DNA from: a virus
Lineage: Duplodnaviria > Caudoviricetes
IMG/VR virus record: IMGVR_UViG_3300049926_000003
Span: 1 to 48,058 of that record
Reading direction: 5' to 3' (one strand)
Length of the DNA stretch: 48,058 nucleotides
Position 1 is the stretch's first letter, and each line of letters opens with the position of its first letter. Below the pieces are notes generated by a model that saw nothing but the letters and a program-made list of their open reading frames with translations, made no database searches and was not told where the DNA came from. Below are positions 33,682 to 43,040 of this stretch, piece after piece. A program made the translations under genes and the position numbers.

Positions 33682-35030
33682 TAGACACTACCATAGGGTT
33701 CATTAGCGACGACGTTAGAGACACGAAACGGAACAGGATCGACAACACGGAGCTCGAATAGCATACCCGGAGGACCGAACATTCCGAGAGAACGCCACTG
33801 GACGCGAGGACGGAAGTCCCCTGCTACGCCAAGAGAACGGGCTTTCGGCATCGTCCAAGTATTGCCACCGTCGTTGCTGGTTCGTAGCTCAATCGTTGGG
33901 TCGGCATAAGGACCAGAGAGGAAAGGCGTCTTGCCGGGATTAGTCCGAATAGTGATGTTATCTAGCTTCTGCCCTTCACTTTCAATGGCGAGTCCGCCAC
34001 GGAAGAGCCTCTCTAGAACGCCACCAAAATCAGAGTAAACAGTATCCCATTGGATAAGAGTTCCAGACGACATGGAGCCCATGTAGCCATCGGCATAACA
34101 TTGAGGTAGCCAATTAGTTGCTCCATCAGACTTAAACTCCGACCAGTTCTTTGAACGAGAATTGAAGACATGCGTCTCATTGTCCAAACGGACGGCGAGA
34201 TACTCGATGCCTTCCAGTCTAAATGTCCAGAGACGGTATGTGCTAGCGGCTTCGATCTTGGCCTCTAGGTCGGGATAACTGACGATGTTCTCGGGATCGG
34301 CGATGCAAACTTGGTTGTAGTTAGTAATCCAAGCGAAGGTCGATGATATCTGTGTCGCACAGCCGGTGTCCTTGATACCAACAGAGAAGGTCCGTCCCGC
34401 CAGCGGGGAGAACGGAGAGTCGCCGTCCTGCGTCACAGGCCAGAATTCTACGGTTTTCGAGCCGAAGAGAATGAGGACATCGCCGACATACATGCACTCT
34501 TTCAGCCTGTCTGGCGAGTTCTCGGCAGTGGCGAATGAAATAGCATCAATGGAGGCAGTCAGGGCACCAGTCCACCAGAAACGCCCGCTATTCTTCTCAA
34601 TGACAACGAGACGGGAAGCCCCTACGCAGAGAGAGAGAACCTCGAAGTTATCCGGGGTAGTCACCGAAGCCAGAGTGACGCCGTTATAGCCCCACAGACG
34701 AGTTCCTGCGGTTGCAAACAAGAACGACTCATAGCCGTCTATCCTAGCGGGTCCTGTCCCATCAATAGCTCCTACAAGGGTTCCCTCTTTGTATAGGGAG
34801 GTGTTAGAGATACCATAGGTATTTCCAGCGAGAACGCCGTCATTGTGGAAGAGGGCTTTAACCGGGCCTGCTCCCATTGTGATAGCGGAATTCTTCAAAC
34901 CGAGACGCGACTGAAGGGCTGGTTTGTTTTCGACAGGAACGGCTTCTACGACCATATTTATGACAGGGGTAGCGGGGAAGTTACCACGCTCTCTGTTATA
35001 GTCGGTCATGCCGTAAAAGATGTCAGGCAC
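33681..35030 (-). CDS. P22 gp10-like tail hub / packaged-DNA stabilisation protein
   Basis: FATAENSPD, LFG..TVEFW, S.DGG.TW, G..G....RV.W..LG. Confidence 0.85.
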   Translation of the reverse strand: MPDIFYGMTDYNRERGNFPATPVINMVVEAVPVENKPALQSRLGLKNSAITMGAGPVKALFHNDGVLAGNTYGISNTSLYKEGTLVGAIDGTGPARIDGYESFLFATAGTRLWGYNGVTLASVTTPDNFEVLSLCVGASRLVVIEKNSGRFWWTGALTASIDAISFATAENSPDRLKECMYVGDVLILFGSKTVEFWPVTQDGDSPFSPLAGRTFSVGIKDTGCATQISSTFAWITNYNQVCIADPENIVSYPDLEAKIEAASTYRLWTFRLEGIEYLAVRLDNETHVFNSRSKNWSEFKSDGATNWLPQCYADGYMGSMSSGTLIQWDTVYSDFGGVLERLFRGGLAIESEGQKLDNITIRTNPGKTPFLSGPYADPTIELRTSNDGGNTWTMPKARSLGVAGDFRPRVQWRSLGMFGPPGMLFELRVVDPVPFRVSNVVANEPYGSV

Positions 35031-35032
35031 TA

Positions 35033-35773
35033 TTAGCCTCTGTCAAAGTCGAAATTAGGAAGGGCCCATCGGGGGGTCGAGGGAAGAAACAGCAGAGCGT
35101 CTTCAGTCGGCATTTCCTTGGACTGGCGATATCTAGCGGCGAACCTCTTTCGGAGCATACCGAGAGTGACGTCTTGGTTGTTCGAGTCGGCGGCACCGTA
35201 ACGGGGGTTCAGACGGAAAGCTAGAAGTGTCGTCAGGAAGTCGTCAAACTCCATCGGAAACGGACTCTCTTCATCGGCATCGGGGTCTGTCAGCCTAGTC
35301 CAGCCGCCGAGGTCAGCTCGATAGAACCATTCACGGTTGAGTCCATTGGTATTCAAGATGATTGAATTGGCGTTCTCGATCTTACGCCCATTGCCATTGA
35401 GACCGATATTAACGGTGGCGAAGTTACCGCTGTTATCGAGGATACCTAGACGAGCTCCATCCGCAGGATTGGGATGGAGATACAGGGTAGTTCCGGTGGC
35501 ATTGTTGAAGACGATACGGTAATTCGACGGGATGTAAATACTCTCGATATCAGTCGATTGATCTTCGCCAGTGGCGAAAGAATTTACTAATCCGTAAGTC
35601 CCGAAATTGATAGTCTGTAGAGGCTCGCCTAGTTCATTGCCAACGATACCACGGAGGAGCCTGTGCATCTGCCGCAGGCCCTCTTCATGCTCTTCAGCAT
35701 CAGGGGAGACGCCAACGGCCAGAATTCCGCTCTCGCGGAAGGCATCAATAATGAGTTGTCGAATGGTCGTCAT
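35033..35773 (-). CDS. P22 gp4-like head-tail adaptor with inserted domain
   Basis: TIRQLI.DA.RESGI, LAFRL.PRYG. Confidence 0.75.
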   Translation of the reverse strand: MTTIRQLIIDAFRESGILAVGVSPDAEEHEEGLRQMHRLLRGIVGNELGEPLQTINFGTYGLVNSFATGEDQSTDIESIYIPSNYRIVFNNATGTTLYLHPNPADGARLGILDNSGNFATVNIGLNGNGRKIENANSIILNTNGLNREWFYRADLGGWTRLTDPDADEESPFPMEFDDFLTTLLAFRLNPRYGAADSNNQDVTLGMLRKRFAARYRQSKEMPTEDALLFLPSTPRWALPNFDFDRG

Positions 35774-36234
35774 TATGGGGTGATCCCTCCGCCGCCACCA
35801 CCGCTGTCTTCGACAGTGGCAGTAATGCTAATAGTGGCCGTGCCTAGCACGGTGAACGGCGATGCCGCCATACGAATTTCATAAGTCGCGGTGCAAGTCT
35901 TACTGCCGACTACTAGCTTGGCGACATTCCAACTGCGAGTAGTTCCGAGATTGAGCCAAGTCCCGGTAGAAGCCGAACCAGAGCTGAATGTCCCAGTCAG
36001 TGGCGTCACTCGAATGTCGTAGTCACTCGCCGAACCGGCAGACAGCCAAAACGGGTCTATAGGCGCTTCATCAGCCCCGAGGCTCAAATCTCTGGTATTC
36101 GTGAATGAAATAGTCGTAGTCGCGTCAGTCGGGTCGGTGACAGTAGTGCTATAGGCGGCATTCGATAGATAAACCACTGCCGCAACCGTCGAACTCCGCC
36201 TGCCCTCAAGGACTGCCCAGAATGTCGGATGCAT
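35773..36234 (-). CDS. Beta-rich virion / fibre-associated protein
   Basis: TAATG coupling at 36234; Thr/Ser-rich. Confidence 0.6.
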   Translation of the reverse strand: MHPTFWAVLEGRRSSTVAAVVYLSNAAYSTTVTDPTDATTTISFTNTRDLSLGADEAPIDPFWLSAGSASDYDIRVTPLTGTFSSGSASTGTWLNLGTTRSWNVAKLVVGSKTCTATYEIRMAASPFTVLGTATISITATVEDSGGGGGGITP

Positions 36235-37412
36235 TAGGTGTCGTCTTTCGCATTGGTCGAGAAGGCCAGTCGGACACCAATTAGCTTGGCATCTACGGCA
36301 CAAGTATCCGAACCGCTGGCGGCATTCCTATTGACTTGGAATACGACGATATCTCCTTCGGCGGGGCTTCCGCCAATGGTCATGGCAGACGACACGGCAG
36401 AGATCATTACGTCATTAGCGGCAACTACGGAGTCAGTCACAGAGACGGCAGCCCCGAAGGCCGCATCAAGGACATCGCCGTCAGAGATACCGACGCCCGA
36501 CATCTGCCACACAACGTCACCGGTATTAGTCGCAGTCCAGATGAACTGGGCAGTGACCGTTCCTTCATCCCACGACTTAGGCATCGCGATGGAGAACTGG
36601 GTATATTCATTCGTGCTGGCATCGAAGTCATAGGTAGATACCATGATCTTGTTAGTCGCGGTCTCGGTCGTCCCCGTCGCAGCCCCGTTAGTCGTCCGGG
36701 CAATCATAGCCGGAGCCATAATCGGAATAGAGCGGAGAAGCGTTGCATTCTGCCGGACATAGATACTAGAAGCATCTAAGATGGTCGCGACATTGGCCGC
36801 AGTGAGCTCTTCCATGTCTCCGGCACTAGCCGAGATACGACCCATAATACGAGAAGTCGCAGATACATTCTGCATCTTGGCGTAAGTCACGACATCGTTA
36901 TCAATGGTTAGCGTAGCACCACCACTAGATACAGTGATATCTCCATAGTCACCATTAGATAGTGCACCACCATTGGCACCACGAGGGATGCCGAGGTCAA
37001 GGCTGTAGACGCCTCCGCCGAGGCTATTGACGGCGGCAGTCGCGCTACCACCAGCGGCGACAGTCGTGACACTGCCAATCGTGATAATCGTGGCATTCGG
37101 ACCAGCAGGGCCAGTTGCCCCTTGGAGATAGCCGAAGTAGAATGGGTCGATATCATCTATCAGAGCCCCGTCGGCATCATGGACTTGAAGGCGAAAGGCA
37201 GTCGTTTCATTCTGGTAAGCAGTCGTAGCGAGACGACCAGCGCCGTTGGCAGTCAAAGTCGAGCCCAGTGACGTCACCAGACCACTGTCGCTATAAAAAT
37301 TGGCCGGAGTTAGCGTCCCCGTAGTGAACAGGGATACTACGGCTCCGGCCATAGGCAGTCCATCAGAATTAAATGCCCTATTGGCCGGGAGCATTAGTTG
37401 TTTGTTAGCCAT
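36234..37412 (-). CDS. Tail fibre / spike
   Basis: N-terminal P.AGA.V..F..GT.TP...YSD attachment domain, short collagen-like GATGPAG, GDYGDITV. Confidence 0.75.
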   Translation of the reverse strand: MANKQLMLPANRAFNSDGLPMAGAVVSLFTTGTLTPANFYSDSGLVTSLGSTLTANGAGRLATTAYQNETTAFRLQVHDADGALIDDIDPFYFGYLQGATGPAGPNATIITIGSVTTVAAGGSATAAVNSLGGGVYSLDLGIPRGANGGALSNGDYGDITVSSGGATLTIDNDVVTYAKMQNVSATSRIMGRISASAGDMEELTAANVATILDASSIYVRQNATLLRSIPIMAPAMIARTTNGAATGTTETATNKIMVSTYDFDASTNEYTQFSIAMPKSWDEGTVTAQFIWTATNTGDVVWQMSGVGISDGDVLDAAFGAAVSVTDSVVAANDVMISAVSSAMTIGGSPAEGDIVVFQVNRNAASGSDTCAVDAKLIGVRLAFSTNAKDDT

Positions 37413-37413
37413 G

Positions 37414-38877
37414 TTATCTCCTGAACAATCTAGGGCGATTGCGTGGTAGCATAGGTTGTCCGAGTGCTCTGCCTATTCGAGTGACACCACGGTTGATGAT
37501 CTCGGCAGAGAAGAACTGGTTGTCATTGGCATACCTAGCCGGAAGCAGCGTTACATTAGAAGGCGGGAAGCTAACAGCCGGGGTAAAGAACGAATTTGCA
37601 TTCGTATATAATGAAGGCAGAAGACCTTTACCGACGGATGCACTAAAGAACGAGTTGCTGTTAGTGAACAGGCTAGGAGTTAGATTGACAACACCCGGAG
37701 TTACTACCGGTGTAAAGAACGAATTTGCATTAGTGTATAGGCTTGGGGTTAGGTTGACAGCCCCTCGTCCAACGGTAGCAGCATAGAACGTCTGGGTGTT
37801 AGTGAATAACCCCGGGTTTAGGGTAATTCCACCTTGAGTAATAGTATGCGGGGTCGCTAGCTTAACGACGACGTTATCGAAGTCTACATAGTCACCCGCC
37901 GAGTAGAAGGCATTGATGCCCAACGAAAGGTAAGTAGTAGTTCCGGTAACGGGGATATCGGCAGAGATCGGTCCGATGGAATTGCCGCTGGCAATCTGAT
38001 CGGGTCCGCCATTGCCCGCCGAAGTTCCTAGATTTACACCGTAGTTAACGCCGCCCGGCGAGCCACCGATGAAATCAGCAGTTACTCGGTAGGTGCTGCC
38101 TGCGGTAGTCGTGAACGACTGGTAACCGTAGGAGCCCGTGACACCGTTGTTATTCTGGACACGGAGATGGGCGCTATTGACAGCGAGGGTATTAGCTCCA
38201 CCGGGGGTCCAGCCAGTGGTATTAGTGTCGAATGTCCCGTTCGAGATTAGATTGGGACCAGAGACCTCTAGGAAGTCATTCGTATTCGTGAATAATGCCG
38301 GAGTGAGATTAACGGCACCCGGAGTGACAGTCGCATTGAAGAACGAATTACTATTCGTGAACAACGACGGGGCAAGATTGAGAGCCCCAGTCGAGATAGT
38401 CGGACTGTAGAAAGTCTGGCTATTGGTAAATAGCCCCGGCAGCAATCCATATACAGATGATACAGTCGGACTGTAAAAGGTCTGGGCGTTGGTGAATATC
38501 GACGGAGCGAGGTTAACAGCTCCCGGCGTTACCGTAGCCGAGAAGAACGAGTTCGCATTCGTATATAGACTGGGCGCTAGATTGACAGCACCCGGAGTGA
38601 CAACCGGACTGTAGAAGACTTGAGCGTTAGTATAAAGGCTCGGGGTGAGTCCATATACCGACAGGACAGTCGCGTTGAAAAACGAGTTACTGTTAGTGAA
38701 CAGGCTCGGGGTTAGGTTAACGGCACCCGGGGTAACGGTGGGCGAGAAGAATGAATTGCCATTAGTGAATAGCGAGGCATTGAGGTTCTGTAAAGTCGTA
38801 AAGCTAAGGGTGCCCAACCCCAATGCTTGCACGGGGGGCCTTATTACATAGTAAGGACGAAAAACCCCGTAAGACAT
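37414..38877 (-). CDS. Repeat-rich fibre protein with inserted carbohydrate-binding-like module
   Basis: 13 repeats of ~23 aa (LTPSLFTNSNSFFxxTVTPGAVN); NLISNGTFD...W...FDNV CBM4/9-like insert. Confidence 0.75.
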   Translation of the reverse strand: MSYGVFRPYYVIRPPVQALGLGTLSFTTLQNLNASLFTNGNSFFSPTVTPGAVNLTPSLFTNSNSFFNATVLSVYGLTPSLYTNAQVFYSPVVTPGAVNLAPSLYTNANSFFSATVTPGAVNLAPSIFTNAQTFYSPTVSSVYGLLPGLFTNSQTFYSPTISTGALNLAPSLFTNSNSFFNATVTPGAVNLTPALFTNTNDFLEVSGPNLISNGTFDTNTTGWTPGGANTLAVNSAHLRVQNNNGVTGSYGYQSFTTTAGSTYRVTADFIGGSPGGVNYGVNLGTSAGNGGPDQIASGNSIGPISADIPVTGTTTYLSLGINAFYSAGDYVDFDNVVVKLATPHTITQGGITLNPGLFTNTQTFYAATVGRGAVNLTPSLYTNANSFFTPVVTPGVVNLTPSLFTNSNSFFSASVGKGLLPSLYTNANSFFTPAVSFPPSNVTLLPARYANDNQFFSAEIINRGVTRIGRALGQPMLPRNRPRLFRR

Positions 38878-38884
38878 CTAGAAA

Positions 38885-39349
38885 TTAACCTTCAGACCAA
38901 GTAATATACCCATTCAAGGTGATACTATCGGCAGGAGTCGTTCCGAGTTCGACCGTCAGACGCCGACCGCCTTTTACATATGGACGCAACTCAGGAGTGA
39001 ACAGGATTTGAAGAGGAACGCGGACGTTCCAAGCGACAGCCTGATGAGTTACAATCGTTCCGGCAGTTGCCTTGGTCGTGTTATTGGCAGCGACAGTCGC
39101 GGCTGAGGCCGCGTCATCGACATCTCGCGGAACCTTAGTAGGGGCAGAGCCGCCAGAACCCGTAGTCGTCGAGCCCTGTTTGATTAGGATTGATAACCCT
39201 TCTTCCTGAGCATCACCAATTTCGGTAGACTGCGATAGAAATAGCTCATGAATGACAATGGGGGTATTGGTTCCGGCAACAAGCTCAAAGAGGTCCTGCT
39301 GAGCCGTAACGGCCACCCCATTAAACTGAGCGGTATAAATTCTTGCCAT
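38885..39349 (-). CDS. Putative virion structural protein (beta-sandwich)
   Basis: Beta-strand pattern; structural module. Confidence 0.6.
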   Translation of the reverse strand: MARIYTAQFNGVAVTAQQDLFELVAGTNTPIVIHELFLSQSTEIGDAQEEGLSILIKQGSTTTGSGGSAPTKVPRDVDDAASAATVAANNTTKATAGTIVTHQAVAWNVRVPLQILFTPELRPYVKGGRRLTVELGTTPADSITLNGYITWSEG

Positions 39350-39353
39350 GTTA

Positions 39354-40139
39354 TTACCTCGCTAAATGCGGAGCAAGCACCGCTTGCGTTGGATTGAAAA
39401 TCAAAGTAGGAGTATTAGCGGTATAGGTGTATCTGAGTTGTCCGCGTCCGCCGATTTGGGTTCCTGTGCTTGAACTGCCTGCACCACCGGCTCCTCCGCC
39501 GGGAGCACCGCCAGCGCCATTGGTAGAAGCACCACCGTTGCCACCGCCACCGCCGCCGCCGCCTTCGACATTGCTATTACCGGCTGTGTTCTGAGCAACG
39601 CCACCTGCACCGCCTGTTCCGCTTGCGCCACCGATGCCGCCCGTTCCGCCAGAGCCGACACCTCCAACGAAGCCTGCGCCACCAGAACTGGCTCCGCCGC
39701 CGCCGCCGCCACCGCCGCGTGATCCGCCACCACCCTGTTGCGCTGCACCAAGACCACCGGCAAACGAATTGACTAATGTCCCTTGTGTCCCGTTGGTGAC
39801 TGCACCTGCACCACCGCCACCAGACGGATTGGCAGAAATGGGCGCTTTGCCTCCGGTTATGACCCAAGCATTGACATTTGAATTTACATTCTTTTCAAAC
39901 CAAGTGTCGCCTCCGTCAGCACCATTCGATCCAGCACCAACCACCCAGAATATTTGATCGCCTGCTGTTACACTGAAAGTTGCAGAGGCATAAGCGCCAC
40001 CGCCTCCGCCCGGCTCATTAGTTGTCTGTAAGTTCCCTGAACCGCCACCGGCACTCCAACCTTCGACTAAAATCGAAGTAACGCCAGCAGGAATGGTGAA
40101 GCTACCAGCGCCAGTAGTAGTGACAGTGACGGTAGTCAT
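39354..40139 (-). CDS. Glycine-rich virion appendage protein
   Basis: FTIPAGVTSI.VE.W.AGG, GGGGGAY, poly-Gly tracts. Confidence 0.75.
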   Translation of the reverse strand: MTTVTVTTTGAGSFTIPAGVTSILVEGWSAGGGSGNLQTTNEPGGGGGAYASATFSVTAGDQIFWVVGAGSNGADGGDTWFEKNVNSNVNAWVITGGKAPISANPSGGGGAGAVTNGTQGTLVNSFAGGLGAAQQGGGGSRGGGGGGGGASSGGAGFVGGVGSGGTGGIGGASGTGGAGGVAQNTAGNSNVEGGGGGGGGNGGASTNGAGGAPGGGAGGAGSSSTGTQIGGRGQLRYTYTANTPTLIFNPTQAVLAPHLAR

Positions 40140-40148
40140 GGTTTAGCC

Positions 40149-40565
40149 TTAGAGTTGGAAGATGCCAGAAGCGTTCCAAGTAATCGTGATGTTACCGCCA
40201 TTCGGCGTAACAGGCAGGCCAGTCACCGAGGTATCGATGTAGGCAATAAGTCGCCAAGTCGTATTCGCACCGGAGTTTTTACGGTAGAGGACGATGGCCT
40301 CGACCGAGGCACCAGTCACAGCAGTATAAGTGAGATCGTCTCCGTCAAACAAACCATTCACAATCGTAGGAGTCGAGATGCGTTGATCCGTTCCCACGAC
40401 ACCCGAGAGGCTTGAATAGAACTGGTGAGACGAGCTATAAGTATACGTCCCGGTATCGACGAGAGCCGCATAGACCCCATCGGTAGAAGTATTAGTATCT
40501 ACGTTGGAGTTAGAGGCCGAATTGAGAAGAGCCTCTTTCCACTTGGGATAAAGTGCGTTAGCCAT
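40149..40565 (-). CDS. Conserved virion protein (possible decoration / fibre base)
   Basis: MANALYP, FD.DD, LIAYID, P.TPNGGNITITW; directly after the capsid gene. Confidence 0.7.
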   Translation of the reverse strand: MANALYPKWKEALLNSASNSNVDTNTSTDGVYAALVDTGTYTYSSSHQFYSSLSGVVGTDQRISTPTIVNGLFDGDDLTYTAVTGASVEAIVLYRKNSGANTTWRLIAYIDTSVTGLPVTPNGGNITITWNASGIFQL

Positions 40566-40583
40566 TCAAAAACCTTTCAAGGT

Positions 40584-40632
40584 AAAGGGGAGGAGCCCTC
40601 TGTCTGCGGTAGCAGACCAAAGACCCCTCCCC
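40584..40632 (-). terminator. Long hairpin after the capsid gene (leaky terminator / processing site)
   Basis: GGGGAGGGGTCTTT.GTCTGC/GCAGAC.AGAGGGCTCCTCCCC plus a short T run. Confidence 0.6.
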
Positions 40633-40638
40633 AGTAGA

Positions 40639-41910
40639 TTACGCACCGTTGAGGCGGACAATCCGACGACGATCACGGACGTTAGCCGTCATCGCTACAT
40701 CGAAGCGGACACGATGCTCGCCAGTGGCGAACGTGCTGTCCTGCCACATGCGGACGCTCAGGGGGACTTGCGTCAGCCCCTTACGCATCGCAGTGCCGGT
40801 GGCGGGCATAATAAGATCAGCCGTGTTGCAGACGATGGCCTGCTTCTGGATGATCGCACGAGGCTTGTAAGCTGTGCTCGCCGTCCCACGGAACGTCACC
40901 GCACCGGCAGGAGCCGAGGCAACCGTAGCATGGGCGGTATTGGCACCACCGTTCGGGATAACCAACGCCGGGAAAACGCGGACAGTAGCCGCACCCGCAC
41001 CGTCGGCAGTGGCATCACCAACCACACGGAACTGTTGCAGATGGAGATGGGCCGCCTGCAAACGGTTGTCATATGCGAAGCAACCCGCGATGGTAAAGAT
41101 TTCACCATCCTTGATCGTGCCAGCCGCACCGAGACCCGTCAGGTTGAGGGTCTGAGTGAGATACTGACCGGGCGCACCCGACACGGCAACAGCCGAGTAG
41201 TTGACATTCTGACCGGCGGCACAAGCACCGTTGGTGCGAGTCCCCGGAGTGATGTTACCCAACTGTTGGGTGAACATCGTCGGAATGCCGTTGATCTCGC
41301 CCTCGAACCCCTTGCGGAAGTTAGAAGTCGAGAGATTATCCGTAGCCGTATAGGCAACGATGGTGGTCGAGAGGGCCTGACGGTCGTCGTAGGTCAACAC
41401 CATTCGGAGGTCGGAGTCATCGACACCTTCCTTCTTCAGGCGCGTATACGCCGTAGCAACATCGGCATAAGTAGCGACGTTGTTGCCAGCCGTGCCGACT
41501 TCGTTGTTCGCAGCCTTTACCGCCGTCGCGAGGACATAGGCATCGATCTGCTCGGCGAGGTTCGTGGCGGCGTTCTTAATAGCAACGCTCTCACGGGCCG
41601 CACCGATATCGCGGATTTTGACGAAATCGCCCCAACCCATCGAAGAACCGAAGACGTCCTGAACAACGAACTGCTCGGAACCGAACACGCTGTCCTGAAC
41701 ACCACTAGACAAGTCATTGACACCCGAGGTCGTTCGGGTGACGTTATAGCGGGGACCGACCTGCTCTGAAACCTTCAGACCATTTCGATCGTCCATCTCG
41801 GAATTATACTGGTTCCAAGAAACTACGTCCTTGGCAAGCAGATTATTCTGAAAGATAGCCGCGAAGGCATTAAGAACCAACTTCTGTTGGTCAACAGTAA
41901 TAGTAGCCAT
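40639..41910 (-). CDS. Major capsid protein, P22 gp5-like
   Basis: LAEQID, GEIFTIAG, QFRV, RFDV; 423 aa after the scaffold. Confidence 0.9.
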   Translation of the reverse strand: MATITVDQQKLVLNAFAAIFQNNLLAKDVVSWNQYNSEMDDRNGLKVSEQVGPRYNVTRTTSGVNDLSSGVQDSVFGSEQFVVQDVFGSSMGWGDFVKIRDIGAARESVAIKNAATNLAEQIDAYVLATAVKAANNEVGTAGNNVATYADVATAYTRLKKEGVDDSDLRMVLTYDDRQALSTTIVAYTATDNLSTSNFRKGFEGEINGIPTMFTQQLGNITPGTRTNGACAAGQNVNYSAVAVSGAPGQYLTQTLNLTGLGAAGTIKDGEIFTIAGCFAYDNRLQAAHLHLQQFRVVGDATADGAGAATVRVFPALVIPNGGANTAHATVASAPAGAVTFRGTASTAYKPRAIIQKQAIVCNTADLIMPATGTAMRKGLTQVPLSVRMWQDSTFATGEHRVRFDVAMTANVRDRRRIVRLNGA

Positions 41911-41961
41911 TAGCTTTAGCTTTCCTTTTAGCTAAGAGCCTTCGCGGAGAAGTCTTCGTAA

Positions 41962-43008
41962 TTACTTACTGAAAAACACTCTCTCGAAGGCATCCAAATC
42001 ATCGGTATCAGCGGAGACAGTGAACTTACTGCCATTACCACGAGTCCGGCTTTCAGGCGGCTGCGGGGCTTCCGATACCTTCTTGTTGCGCTTTGGCTCA
42101 GCCTGCTCGATCGAAGACGGAGCTTTCTCAAGCTTCGCCTCTAAGCGACCGATCGCAAGTGTTGCGGCAGCAGGACCAGAGGCAACGATTTTCTGGGCCT
42201 CGCCGATATTCTCAGAGAGATAGTTCATAATCTGAGGGCCAAGCTCCGAGATCATAATCGTCGAAGCTAGGTATTGGCCGTAACCCGGATCGAGGTCGGC
42301 GAACGTCTCCGTGAGGTCCTTCATCTTCTCGCGAAGATCAGGAATTTCCTTCTCGGCTTCGTCTACTTTCTCAATCCAAGTATCGGCAATTTGCTTTTGG
42401 ATTTGCGCGTCACGCTCTTTCTGCTCTTCGACCTTGGCTTCCTCACGGGCTCGCTTGGTCTCCTGATCGATCGTAAACCTAGTTAGGTCGCGGATGTAAA
42501 CAGGGTCAAACTCACCCAAGGGGTAGATAGGTTCTCCATCCTCACCGAGCTTGTCGGGATTAGGAGCATCGGCAGATAGCATTTCACGAAGAGGGGTTTC
42601 CTCAGACTTAGGTTCTTTCTTCTGGACAGAAGCTTCTAGGGTTTCAAGACGCTGACGAAGGGCGTTGGCCTCTCGTTCGGCTTCTCTGGCCTTAGCTGTA
42701 AGCTCGTTGATCCTTTCCTGAGCCGAATGACGTTTCTTCTTAGCAGGAGGAGTTTCCTCCTCTACTTCATCTTCGTCATCATCCTCAGACGCGGGGGGAT
42801 CGTTTTCGTCTTCCCCGAGATCAGCATCACCTTCTGCCTTCGTGTCGTCGTCTTCACCCGTCTCGTCTTCGTCTTCGGACTTATCATCTTCAGCCTTGAC
42901 TTCGACTTCTTCATCCTCTACCTTGGCAGAGGGCTTGGTGAAGAACTCCTTCTCGAAAGCATCGAGGTCTTCTGCAATATCGACATTATCACTGTTGTCG
43001 TCAGTCAT
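41962..43008 (-). CDS. Scaffolding protein
   Basis: Acidic N-terminus, QERINELT, GP.I..YL..N, IGRLEAKL. Confidence 0.85.
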   Translation of the reverse strand: MTDDNSDNVDIAEDLDAFEKEFFTKPSAKVEDEEVEVKAEDDKSEDEDETGEDDDTKAEGDADLGEDENDPPASEDDDEDEVEEETPPAKKKRHSAQERINELTAKAREAEREANALRQRLETLEASVQKKEPKSEETPLREMLSADAPNPDKLGEDGEPIYPLGEFDPVYIRDLTRFTIDQETKRAREEAKVEEQKERDAQIQKQIADTWIEKVDEAEKEIPDLREKMKDLTETFADLDPGYGQYLASTIMISELGPQIMNYLSENIGEAQKIVASGPAAATLAIGRLEAKLEKAPSSIEQAEPKRNKKVSEAPQPPESRTRGNGSKFTVSADTDDLDAFERVFFSK

Positions 43009-43040
43009 TGCGTCCCTTTCAGAACGTTCCCAGTTGCGGG

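Noticed and set aside
37414-38877. Diversity-generating retroelement repeats
   Set aside because: Repeats are protein-level with synonymous divergence; no reverse transcriptase or adenine-specific TR/VR pair.
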